Shown here piece after piece: positions 45,456 to 54,900 of a stretch of DNA of 64,000 nucleotides (position 1 is the stretch's first letter; the number at the start of each line of letters is the position of its first letter). Location of the stretch: IMG/VR virus record IMGVR_UViG_3300037400_003300, positions 16,273 to 80,272 of that record; one strand, given 5' to 3'. The notes under the pieces are model-generated. The model saw only the letters and a list, made by a program, of their open reading frames with translations. It was not told where the DNA came from and did not search any database. The DNA comes from a virus (Duplodnaviria; Heunggongvirae; Uroviricota; Caudoviricetes). The translations under genes were made by a program, and so were the position numbers.

Positions 45456-46192
45456 AATTATTGGACTTCAACTTTAAATGTGATAGAATAGCATGGATGC
45501 TACCAAAAGCGGTAGGCGGTTGGCTCTTTGCCAGGTTATACCTGAGAACTCCCTTATTAAAGGAGGTGTTTTATGGGAAATCTGCTATGGAGCTTTGATG
45601 CTAAGACTATTGCTTATTACTTTGAGCATGGACTTAGTGATAATGGGAACTATAATCCTCATTGTTGCAATCATATCAAAGTTCAAGAAATAAATTTTTC
45701 CATCAAAAAAGACCGCTGAACACTTTGACCGAGTAGAAAGCGATCTCTTTTGATTGCAACTATTAATCAGAGCTAACCGTCTATCGGTAGCATCTTTCTA
45801 CAGACATAATAACATAAATCCTATAAAAAGCAAAATTCCATAATGCTTGCTAGCCAAATCATCCCCCATGATTGGCTTTATCTCCTCCTACAAGGCATCT
45901 ATGTTTCATCGCATAGATGTCTTTTTTGTCTGCAAAGGCATAATTTTTCCTTTTACTAGGGCGTATGACAGTCAAATGTCATGCGCCTTTTTCTTTGTCT
46001 GCCAAGATGAAGACTCGTTATTAAACCTCCGGGGTGCCTATCTGTCAAAGGATTCGTGCCCTATCACGCTCAGAGTAATCTGGGCGTTTTTTTGTGTCAA
46101 GGAAAAGACTTAGAAACCCTGAGAGAACAGCAAACACGCCATGAGGTTAGAGAAAACCTCACCAAAAAACACGAAAAGGAGAAAACAAAGAT

Positions 46193-46858
46193 ATGAAGAA
46201 CAGAACCATCGGAACCAATGAATTGTTGCCTATGAACTTACAGTTTTTTGCTGAGGATGCGGGTGAGGGGGCAGACGAAAGCTCCGGTTCGACGGACAAC
46301 GGAGAAACAAAGCCTGAACCCGATGAGGGCGAACCATCCAAGAGTTATGAGGATGCGTTAAGTGAGATTGCCGCAGCTAAAGCGGAAGCAAAGAAGTTAA
46401 AGGCAGAAAGGGACGCGGCACTTAAGAAAAGTGGTGAGATTTCCAAACAGCTTAGAGCAAAGATGTCTGAAGATGAACTGAAAGCAGAACAGGATGCACA
46501 GGCTAAAGAGGAATACGAAGCTCATGTAAAAGAACTTGAGCAGTACAAAGCCGAGAACGAAGCACTTAAGCGTTATAGGCTTCAAGGCATGACTGATGAT
46601 CTTGCAGCCAAAGCTGCAAAAGCAGAAATCGAGGGTGACATGGATGCTCTTGCGGATGTTCAGAAACAGCATACGCAGTCTCTTATCAAAGCAAAGGAAG
46701 CTGAATGGAAAGCGTCACGCCCAAGAGTAAACGTTGGCGATGATGAGGATTCTTCTATGACAAAGGAAGAGATTTTAGCAATTCAGGACAGAGATGAACG
46801 TACCAGGATGATTGCTAAGCATCTTTCTTTGTTTGAACAAAAAAACAAAGGAGAATAA
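46193..46858 (+). CDS. scaffolding protein
   Basis: acidic, coiled-coil; N-terminal MNLQFFA motif; upstream of the capsid gene. Confidence 0.55.
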   Translation: MKNRTIGTNELLPMNLQFFAEDAGEGADESSGSTDNGETKPEPDEGEPSKSYEDALSEIAAAKAEAKKLKAERDAALKKSGEISKQLRAKMSEDELKAEQDAQAKEEYEAHVKELEQYKAENEALKRYRLQGMTDDLAAKAAKAEIEGDMDALADVQKQHTQSLIKAKEAEWKASRPRVNVGDDEDSSMTKEEILAIQDRDERTRMIAKHLSLFEQKNKGE

Positions 46859-46861
46859 AAG

Positions 46862-48007
46862 ATGGCAGCTGAAAAAAATCTAATCAAAAAAGCCGATCTT
46901 GCTAGAGCAAGAGAAGTCGATTTCGTCTATCGCTTTACCGACAGTATCAATAAGCTTGTTGAAGCTCTTGGTGTAACAAGAAAGGAAAAAAAGGTTGCAG
47001 GTACTTTTCTTAAGGCTTACAAAGCAACCGGAACTCTTCAGGACGGACTTGTAGCAGAAGGTGATCTTATTCCTCTTAGCCACTACAAGACTATACCTGT
47101 TAACTTCGGTGAGATTCCTTTCAAGAAATGGAGAAAGGCTACATCCGCTGAAGCTATTATCGAAAAAGGCTACGAACAGGCTGTAACAATGACAACAGAC
47201 GAGATGCTCAAGGATGCTCAGAAGGGTATCAAGAAGTATTTCTTCAACTTCTTGTCACAGGGCACAGGTCTTGCATCAGGAACAACTTTCCAGTCAACAC
47301 TTGCAGCTATTTGGGGACAGCTTCAGGTACTTTTTGAAGATACAGAGATTGCAGCTGTATACTTCATGAACCCACTTGATGTTGCTGATTATCTTGGAAC
47401 AGCTCAGATCACATTGCAGACAGCTTTCGGTATGTCTTATATCGAGAACTTCCTTGGACTTGGAACAGTTATCCTTAATTCCAATATTCCAAAGGGAACT
47501 ATCTATGGAACTGCTAAGGAAAACATAGTTCTTTACTACATTCCTGTAAATGGTGCTGATCTTGGAGAGGTATTCCAGTTCACATCTGATGAGCTTGGAT
47601 ATATCGGTATCCATGAAACATCTGATTATGACAACATGACAGCAAAAGATACTGTTGTTTCCGGTATCGTTTTGTTTGCTGAGAGAATCGATGGTATTGT
47701 TGTTGGTTTTATCGGTGGTTCTATCACACCTACAATCACAACTGACGTTGATGAGATCACAATTCCTGTTGGCGGAATGGATACAATCCATGCTAAGGTT
47801 GCACCTGCTGGAACATCCTTCACATGGACATCTGATGACACAACAGAAACATATGTTAAGGTTACTCCTGGACTTGACAATGCAGATGTTGTTATCACAG
47901 GTGTTGCAACAACAATTTCCGGTGGAACAGATTCACCCGTTACACTTACATGCACAGCAGGCGGCGTAACAAAGACTGTAACTGTTACTGTTTCAGCTAG
48001 TGCTTGA
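46862..48007 (+). CDS. major capsid protein with C-terminal Ig-like (Big_2-type) domain
   Basis: position and size; the C-terminal ~90 aa is rich in T/V and G, like an Ig-like decoration domain. Confidence 0.55.
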   Translation: MAAEKNLIKKADLARAREVDFVYRFTDSINKLVEALGVTRKEKKVAGTFLKAYKATGTLQDGLVAEGDLIPLSHYKTIPVNFGEIPFKKWRKATSAEAIIEKGYEQAVTMTTDEMLKDAQKGIKKYFFNFLSQGTGLASGTTFQSTLAAIWGQLQVLFEDTEIAAVYFMNPLDVADYLGTAQITLQTAFGMSYIENFLGLGTVILNSNIPKGTIYGTAKENIVLYYIPVNGADLGEVFQFTSDELGYIGIHETSDYDNMTAKDTVVSGIVLFAERIDGIVVGFIGGSITPTITTDVDEITIPVGGMDTIHAKVAPAGTSFTWTSDDTTETYVKVTPGLDNADVVITGVATTISGGTDSPVTLTCTAGGVTKTVTVTVSASA

Positions 48008-48026
48008 TGAAAGAAGGGGAAGGCGT

Positions 48027-48371
48027 ATGCAGTATGAAGTAATTAGATACTTTACTGATGCGCAGGATAACGAGCATGCTTACCGCGAGGGAGATATCTT
48101 CCCTCGCGAGGGGCATACCGTATCAAATGCGCGTATTAGTGATTTGCTTAGTGGAAATAACTTTCAGAGAGTACCTCTTATTAAGCGCGTGACAAACACA
48201 AGCGTTAAGAAAGAGAAGAAGGTTGAGGAAGCTAAGGAATACACAGCAGAGGACATCATGAAAATGCCTTACATGAAGCTCAAATCTCTTGCAAGGCAGA
48301 ATGATGTTGATGTTAAGGACAGGGAAGCTGTTGATATAAGAAATGATCTTATTGAAAAACTGGGGTTGTGA
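48027..48371 (+). CDS. head-tail connector region protein
   Basis: gene order. Confidence 0.35.
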   Translation: MQYEVIRYFTDAQDNEHAYREGDIFPREGHTVSNARISDLLSGNNFQRVPLIKRVTNTSVKKEKKVEEAKEYTAEDIMKMPYMKLKSLARQNDVDVKDREAVDIRNDLIEKLGL

Positions 48372-48715
48372 TTATGACAAAGAATGAGATGCTTGATGAG
48401 ATTTTTGAAAACTTAAAAGTGGAGATAAATGCAGATGATTCTCAATCTGATAAGGTAAACGAGCCTCTTTTAAGATTGAAAGTCGAAGGGGCATATCGTG
48501 ATGTCAAAAGGGCGAGGAATTATCCAAGTCACTATGCCGAAGCATGGGTTGAAAATGATATGCTAAATTATTATACCAACATAGAATCGGTTGCAAGATA
48601 CGATTACAACAAGGTAGGCGCTGAGGGACAGTCTACTTATAGTGCTGATGGAACAAGCATTCAGTATCTTAGCAGAGACAGTCTTTTCAGAGGCGTTTAT
48701 CCTATCTCAAGATAA
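48368..48715 (+). CDS. head-tail connector (gp6-like) protein
   Basis: size and position. Confidence 0.4.
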   Translation: MIMTKNEMLDEIFENLKVEINADDSQSDKVNEPLLRLKVEGAYRDVKRARNYPSHYAEAWVENDMLNYYTNIESVARYDYNKVGAEGQSTYSADGTSIQYLSRDSLFRGVYPISR

Positions 48716-48726
48716 GGAGGGCAATA

Positions 48727-49160
48727 TGAGAGTTGCAAGAAGAATAAAGCAGCGTATGTATTATGCACTTCTTATAGGGAAAGAGCCTATCTATGAACGG
48801 GATGATAATGGGAATATTATATATAGAATCCATGCCGGAGAGCGAATACCTGTTGAAACGGGTGAATTTAAGGATAAATATTCTGAGCCTATAATGTTTT
48901 TTAACTCAATCTCAGGACAGCTTACAGAGAATGAACTACAGGCGTTTGGAACGCAGAACATGGCAGATGCAAAGATGACTTATAAAAGAGGACAATATCC
49001 ATTTAGGACCGGCACTCTTATCTGGAAGCAGTCAGAGATAAAGTACATCGGTGATGAGATTGATCCGGCATCTGCTGATTTTAGAGTTATGGGCGTTATG
49101 AATGAAGGACAGCTCTTTTGGAAAGCAATGATGCAAGCGGTATCTAACAATGAAAGTTGA
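48727..49160 (+). CDS. head closure / head-tail adaptor protein
   Basis: AGGAGG RBS; gene order. Confidence 0.4.
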
Positions 49161-49701
49161 AATATCTCTTAATGAAAAAAGCGTAAATCATGCTATAGGG
49201 CAATTAAAAGCATATCGAGATAGCTTGGCTACAAAGAATGAGCAGTTTGTTTATGAACTTCTTAATCTTGGTATCAGTGTAGCTGAGGAACACGCAGGGG
49301 GATATGGCAAATATATTACTTTTTCAAAGGAAGGAAAAGGTGGCATAACAACCATAGGTTATCTTGTCGGTGAAGATGCACAGAAGATAATCGCTGAATG
49401 GGATTATTATGGCGAAAGGAAAACTGCTGTGCTTAGTCCTATTCTTCTTGCTGAGTTTGGTAGCGCAACATATGCAGAGGCCCTTTTTGATGTAGAGGGT
49501 GTAGGTCAAGGAACTTTCCCCGGACAAACACATGCTTTTGAAAATTCATGGTGGTACAAAGAGTGGGATGAGAATGGTAAAGGTGAATGGAAGAGAGGAC
49601 GAGGCGTAACGCCTACTCATCCAATGTATCACGCCAAGATGAAGATGTATGAGCAGATTTATAACGTAGCAAGAAAGGTATTCAGAACTGATGGTAGATG
49701 A
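49150..49701 (+). CDS. head-tail joining protein
   Basis: gene order. Confidence 0.35.
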   Translation: MKVEISLNEKSVNHAIGQLKAYRDSLATKNEQFVYELLNLGISVAEEHAGGYGKYITFSKEGKGGITTIGYLVGEDAQKIIAEWDYYGERKTAVLSPILLAEFGSATYAEALFDVEGVGQGTFPGQTHAFENSWWYKEWDENGKGEWKRGRGVTPTHPMYHAKMKMYEQIYNVARKVFRTDGR

Positions 49702-50128
49702 AATATGGTATTCCAAAATTGAATCTTATATATTGACTATTCTTAAGTATGAGCTTGTACAGAAACTTTTGGCACCATTTCCGAATCTTACTTGCACTAC
49801 TTCCAATCAGGAAGAATCGCTTGAATTTGTTGGTGATTTCCCTACTATGTACGTTCACATGTTACCTCCGTATGAAGAAGGTAGGGATTTAACCAATGAG
49901 ACAGTTAATGGCATCAATTGTACTTTTGAACTTGTCGTTTATTCCGACAAGTCTGAAAAAGAATGTCGCAACATCATAACCGCAGGTATTCAGCAGATGA
50001 AAAAGTTGCATTTCAACGTTGAAACGTTTCCTGATCCTAGAACGTCAGATAAGAAGTATATTGCGATTACAAGACTTAACAGAGTAATTGCAAGCGGTGA
50101 TAAGGAATTAGTACCGCAAGATGAATGA
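49691..50128 (+). CDS. tail completion protein
   Basis: gene order. Confidence 0.35.
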   Translation: MVDEIWYSKIESYILTILKYELVQKLLAPFPNLTCTTSNQEESLEFVGDFPTMYVHMLPPYEEGRDLTNETVNGINCTFELVVYSDKSEKECRNIITAGIQQMKKLHFNVETFPDPRTSDKKYIAITRLNRVIASGDKELVPQDE

Positions 50129-50216
50129 TTTAGCTCAACAGAGCTTTTCATAGATAAAACGAAGAGAGGAGCAATCCTCTTTTTTTTAATGCCATTTATG
50201 GCAGAAAGGAGATAAT

Positions 50217-50702
50217 ATGGCAGTTCAAGAGGCAGGTCTGTCCACATTAGGAGTTAAATTTGGATACGCCGTTGAGACTGTTGCAGGAACACAGCCCGCA
50301 GCATTCATACAGCTTGAAAGATGTAATGCGATTGCTGGTATCGAATTGTCTACTGAGACTATCGATGCCTCAGCTCTTGAAGATTATATCACAAAGTATA
50401 TCGCCGGACGTCAGGATTCAGGCGGTGAGTGGACAATTACATTTAACTACACAGCTGAAGTAGCAACACAGCTTCAGACAATGATCTCAGCTTACAACAC
50501 AGCAAAGGCATCTAACCTTAAGACATGGTTTGAGGTTTGGATTCCTAATGCTACAAATGGATTCTATGTAGTTGCACAGCCCCCTCAGAGACTTCCCATG
50601 CCGGAGTTCTCACAGAATGAGCTTCTGACAATCGAAGTTGGCTTTGCGGTTGAGGATTATAAGGGCGAGCTTACAGCTATCGAGCCAGCAGCGGCGGGGT
50701 AA
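50217..50702 (+). CDS. major tail protein
   Basis: 161 aa immediately upstream of the chaperone pair and tape measure. Confidence 0.65.
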   Translation: MAVQEAGLSTLGVKFGYAVETVAGTQPAAFIQLERCNAIAGIELSTETIDASALEDYITKYIAGRQDSGGEWTITFNYTAEVATQLQTMISAYNTAKASNLKTWFEVWIPNATNGFYVVAQPPQRLPMPEFSQNELLTIEVGFAVEDYKGELTAIEPAAAG

Positions 50703-51034
50703 ATAGCTCTGGTGGAAGTGGCAATCAGAGCGGTAACTCTAGTCAGACCACTGGTTATCTTGATGCAACAGCACTCGGCGCAATGTCTGATTCTGATATC
50801 CTTGCTCTTGCAACAGAGAGAGGTTACACAATAGGAGCAGAATCGGATACTACTGAAGAGATTATCAATGACTTCCTGGACGAGCAGGAACTTAAGTATC
50901 CATTCACTCAGGCAGAACTTGAGGAACTTACAGTTAATGAAATCGAGGCTATTGCATCAGCAAGAGGTTACACGATAACCGAGACACTTAAAGCAGACAT
51001 TATTACTGAGTTTTTGTCTTTGCAAAATGCTTAA
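50663..51034 (+). CDS. -1-frame C-terminal extension of major tail protein (putative frameshift fusion)
   Basis: frame -1 opens at 50663 and overlaps the MTP end. It encodes Gly/Ser linker NSSGGSGNQSGNSSQTTG with no start codon, then two ~30-aa ARGYTI...EFL repeats. GGGG at 50696-50699 lies just before the TAA stop. Confidence 0.5.
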   Translation, partial: GRAYSYRASSGGVNSSGGSGNQSGNSSQTTGYLDATALGAMSDSDILALATERGYTIGAESDTTEEIINDFLDEQELKYPFTQAELEELTVNEIEAIASARGYTITETLKADIITEFLSLQNA

Positions 51035-51100
51035 CGGAACATGGGGCGGCTTTCGGGCTGCCCCTTTCCCTTTAAGCAGATGGGAAAGGAAAAGGATTAT

Positions 51101-51505
51101 ATGAGAACTTTTTTGATTAACGACAAAAGATATGTAGCAAAAGAATTTACTTTCGGCGCAGTAAGACAGCTTGAAGGTTATGGACTTTCGCTTACTGATG
51201 TACAGAATAAGCCAATGACTCTTGCGGCAGCTTACCTTGCATTCTGTGCGAATATCAACATGGATGCAGCTGATAATGAGATCCAGGAGCATGTTATCAA
51301 TGGTGGAAACCTTGATGGTATTTTTGAGGCTGTTACTGAAGCCATGAATGAATCACGTTTTTTTCAGGCGCTCAACAAAAAGGCGGAAGCAGAACAGGAA
51401 GTTCAGAATATTCCGGAAGTTCCAGTAGTTCCGGTAGTACCTCTTCAGGAAATTCCGGTTCAGGCAGTAACAGCAACACAGGTGGGAGAAGCAAGAATAC
51501 AGTAA
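51101..51505 (+). CDS. tail assembly chaperone (gpG-like)
   Basis: position before the tape measure; the -1 partner follows. Confidence 0.6.
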   Translation: MRTFLINDKRYVAKEFTFGAVRQLEGYGLSLTDVQNKPMTLAAAYLAFCANINMDAADNEIQEHVINGGNLDGIFEAVTEAMNESRFFQALNKKAEAEQEVQNIPEVPVVPVVPLQEIPVQAVTATQVGEARIQ

Positions 51506-51909
51506 AATATAAGACTCTTACCGAAGAATATGAGAAAGAACTTTTACCTTCAGTATTGGCAATGGGGTATTCATATTGGGATTTCTGGAATATGAATCCA
51601 AGGATATTAGAGCCAATACTTGAAGGTTATAAACTTAAACGAAAGATAATAGATGAAAATCAATGGCTTATGGGTGGCTATGTTTTTGAAGCGGTCTCTA
51701 TAGCTATAGGAAATATGGCAAAGAAGAAAGGCCAGAAGCCAAATAATTATTTTGAAGAAATAAAAAAGCCAGCGTTGCAGGCAATTAATTCTGATAATGG
51801 AGAATTGACAGAAGAAGAGAAGCAAAGAAGGCTTGATCTTCTCATGGCAGGACTCAGAGTTAAACAGGCAAACTTTGAATTGGCAAAACAGCAAAAGAAG
51901 GGGCAGTGA
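51352..51909 (+). CDS. tail assembly chaperone GT-type -1 frameshift extension
   Basis: T7 slippery site at 51358-51364 lies 6 nt after the -1 frame opens; Ser/Gly-rich linker; canonical G/GT arrangement. Confidence 0.6.
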   Translation: MTFFSGAQQKGGSRTGSSEYSGSSSSSGSTSSGNSGSGSNSNTGGRSKNTVKYKTLTEEYEKELLPSVLAMGYSYWDFWNMNPRILEPILEGYKLKRKIIDENQWLMGGYVFEAVSIAIGNMAKKKGQKPNNYFEEIKKPALQAINSDNGELTEEEKQRRLDLLMAGLRVKQANFELAKQQKKGQ

Positions 51910-51930
51910 TTTAGGTCGCTGCCTTTTTCT

Positions 51931-54900
51931 ATGAGGATGAATACTATGAATGTAGATTCATTAAATATACAAATCAAATCTAGCGCAACTGATGCAAAAA
52001 AGTCTTTAGATAGTCTTATTACTTCACTTAAAAACTTAAACAAACAACTTGGACTTAAAGAGGGCACAAAACTTGCGACCACATTAAAGACTATCTCCAA
52101 CTCTGCTGTTTCTGCGTCTGCCGAAATTAATAAGATTAGTGGAACCGGACTTGAAAAGGTTTCTAAAGAAGCAGCCGTAGCGCAGAAGTCAATTCAGAAA
52201 CTCGCAAAAGAAGGCGAAAATGTAAAGAAAACAATTGAAGGGTTTAAATTTCCTGATTTTGATAGATACTTCGGTGTGATGAATGACAAGTTTGAAGTAT
52301 CTGAATCTATGGAAAAAGGAACCAATAATGCGATTAAGAACATTAAAAATCTTGGATTCGTTATAAAAAACTTGGATGATTCTGCTCCGGAACGTGTAGT
52401 TGAGGATGTACAAGAAAAACTTCTTCCTGCAACAACAAGAGTTAATGACCAGATAAAAGAATTAGCGAAGAATTTTAATGAAGTAAGCGAGATAAAAGTT
52501 TTTGATGTTGCAACAAAGAAAACAGAAGCAACATCATATCAGATTGGGAAATTACTCGCTTCCGTAAGAGAATATAAGAAAATTATATCCGAAATGGAGA
52601 GCGGAAAACGTGCATTTGATCCTAAAATGTACAGTGATGCAGTAATAGGTCTTAATCAAGCAAAGAAATCTATTGATGCATACAAAAAATCATTATCTAC
52701 TACTGAAGAAGTGGCAGATGCTTTATCAAGAAAAATGGAATTGATTAGTTCCAGGTCGGCAGGTGCATCTATTCCAAAGGATTTTAAAGCAATTTATGAT
52801 AATGCATTAAAGTCAGCGCAAGCAGCAGATGAACTGGCAAAGGGAACTCAGAAAGCCAAAACAGAGATTGAACATTTACTTGAGAAGTATAGGGAATATA
52901 AAAAGATTATCTCTGAAATGGAAAGTGGGAAAAGACCTGTTGATGAGAAAGAATATAAAGAAGCAGTCATAGGTTATTCCAAAGCCAAAGAAGCAATCGA
53001 TGAGTATAAAAAATCTCTTGATAAAATACCAGACAGGCCAAAACTGTCATTTTTCAAGGATGTAATACCGCAATTGCTTGTGCTAGAGCGTGGGTTTGGC
53101 AATTTATCGAATAAATTTAATGCATTGGCTGACAAGAGTACGAAGTTGTTCAAAATAATGATTACCCCTTTGAAACTTGCAGCTAGAGAGTATACTGAGA
53201 AATTTCAAGGAATCAAACATGCTGTAACAGGATTTCGCGAACATTTTATTTCAAACATGACTAAGGTTTCTCAGTTTTGGGCAAAAACAATGCGAACATT
53301 TACTTTCATGCTTGTTCGTAAAGCAATAACTGCTATTATTTCCGAAGTAAATAATGCAATAAAATCGCTAGCTCAGTTCTCTAATACGATGGGAACTCAG
53401 TTTAATCAAAGCATTTCAAACCTTGTGGCTGATTTTCAATATCTTGGCCGTTCTATTGTAAGTGTATTCGCTCCTCTTCTTGAGATGATTACGCCTATTA
53501 TCGATGCCATTGTTGAAAAAATCGCAACATTGCTTTCATATATAGGAATGCTATTTGCTGCTTTAGGAGGAAAGTCTTCTTTTACTAAGGCAAAAAAAGA
53601 GGTGACGAATTATGGTGCAGCTGTAGGGAAAGCCGCTAAGTCTGTTAGTACTCTTACAATGGGTATTGATGAACTTAATATCTTGTCTGAAAACAAAGGC
53701 GGTGGAGGTGGCGGAGCTGGTTCACCTCTGGCGGGTTGGGAAGAAGTGGAAATTCCCAACTGGATAAATGGCTTTGCCAATAAAGTGAAGAAAACATTTG
53801 GTGATCTATTTGAACCAATGTTAAAGGCTTGGAGAGCAGCAAAAAATTATATACTTTCTGGTTGGGAGTATATGACGGATGAGATGAAGAAGCTTTTAGC
53901 ATCGATATGGCGAGATTTTATAAGAGTATGGAAAAGCGATGTAGTAACCAATATCTTCTATCAGCTTTTAATGATGGTTGGAGATATTGAAAGAGTAATA
54001 GGTAATCTTGCTAAGAGATTTAGAGAAGCATGGGATAATGCGGATGCAGGTTACAATATCTTGATGAATATTGCCAAAGCCATATATAAAATTGTTGAAC
54101 ATGCTCGCAATGTCACTCTATATATGGTGAGATGGAGCGATGAATTAACGTTTGATCCCCTTATACAATCTTTAGTAAGACTAACTGATAGTTTTATTAG
54201 ATTGGCAGACTTTATTGGCGGTGTATTTGAAGATGTCATGAAAAACGTTGTTCTCGAATATATCGGGTGGTTAATTGAAGAAGGGCTTCCACATCTAAAT
54301 AATACAATAGCAGAAGTTATTGATGCCTTCAATTTTGATAAGATAAGGCAAGACCTCGAACCATTTGAAAAAGCTTTTATAACGGTGCTTGAAAATATTC
54401 ATACCGGAACAACAAACGCTTTAGGAAATCTTGGCAAGCAATTAGCAGACTTTACTGATTCAAAGGAATTTACGGATTTTCTGGTACGTTTATCTGAAAT
54501 TATGGGAATGATTTCAGCAGAAGATGTTGAAAAACTTCTTACAGGAATTGGAAAAGGCATTTTAGATATTGCTGAGTCCGTTGTGAAATTTGTTAATTCA
54601 GATACTTTCATGAATTTCATGGAGAGTATTGATGAATGGTTCGAGAATCTTTCGGCGGATGATATTGCAGATGGTCTTACCAAAATAGCTCATGCAATTC
54701 TTCTTTTTAAGTTTGGAGCTTTTGCGGCTGAAGGTGTCGCAGCTTTCTTAAAAGTAATATTGACATTACAGGCGTTTAGCAATATTTCAAAAATCGCAAC
54801 TGGATTAACTGCAACAGGCGCAGGAGCAACAGCTGCCGCTGGAGGATTTAGTGCATTTACAGCAGCAGCGCTTCCAGTTGTAGGAATACTTGCCGCGATT

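Noticed and set aside
46006-46019. Partial match of spacer 4 (GATGAAGACT plus shifted CGTT) in the non-coding region before the scaffold gene
   Set aside because: Only 10 contiguous nt plus a gapped 4-mer. A single 10-mer match is within chance expectation for a 64-kb window searched on both strands, so it is not claimed as a target.
45847-46113. 88-aa + strand ORF
   Set aside because: Spans two terminator-like hairpins in a non-coding region, with no RBS.
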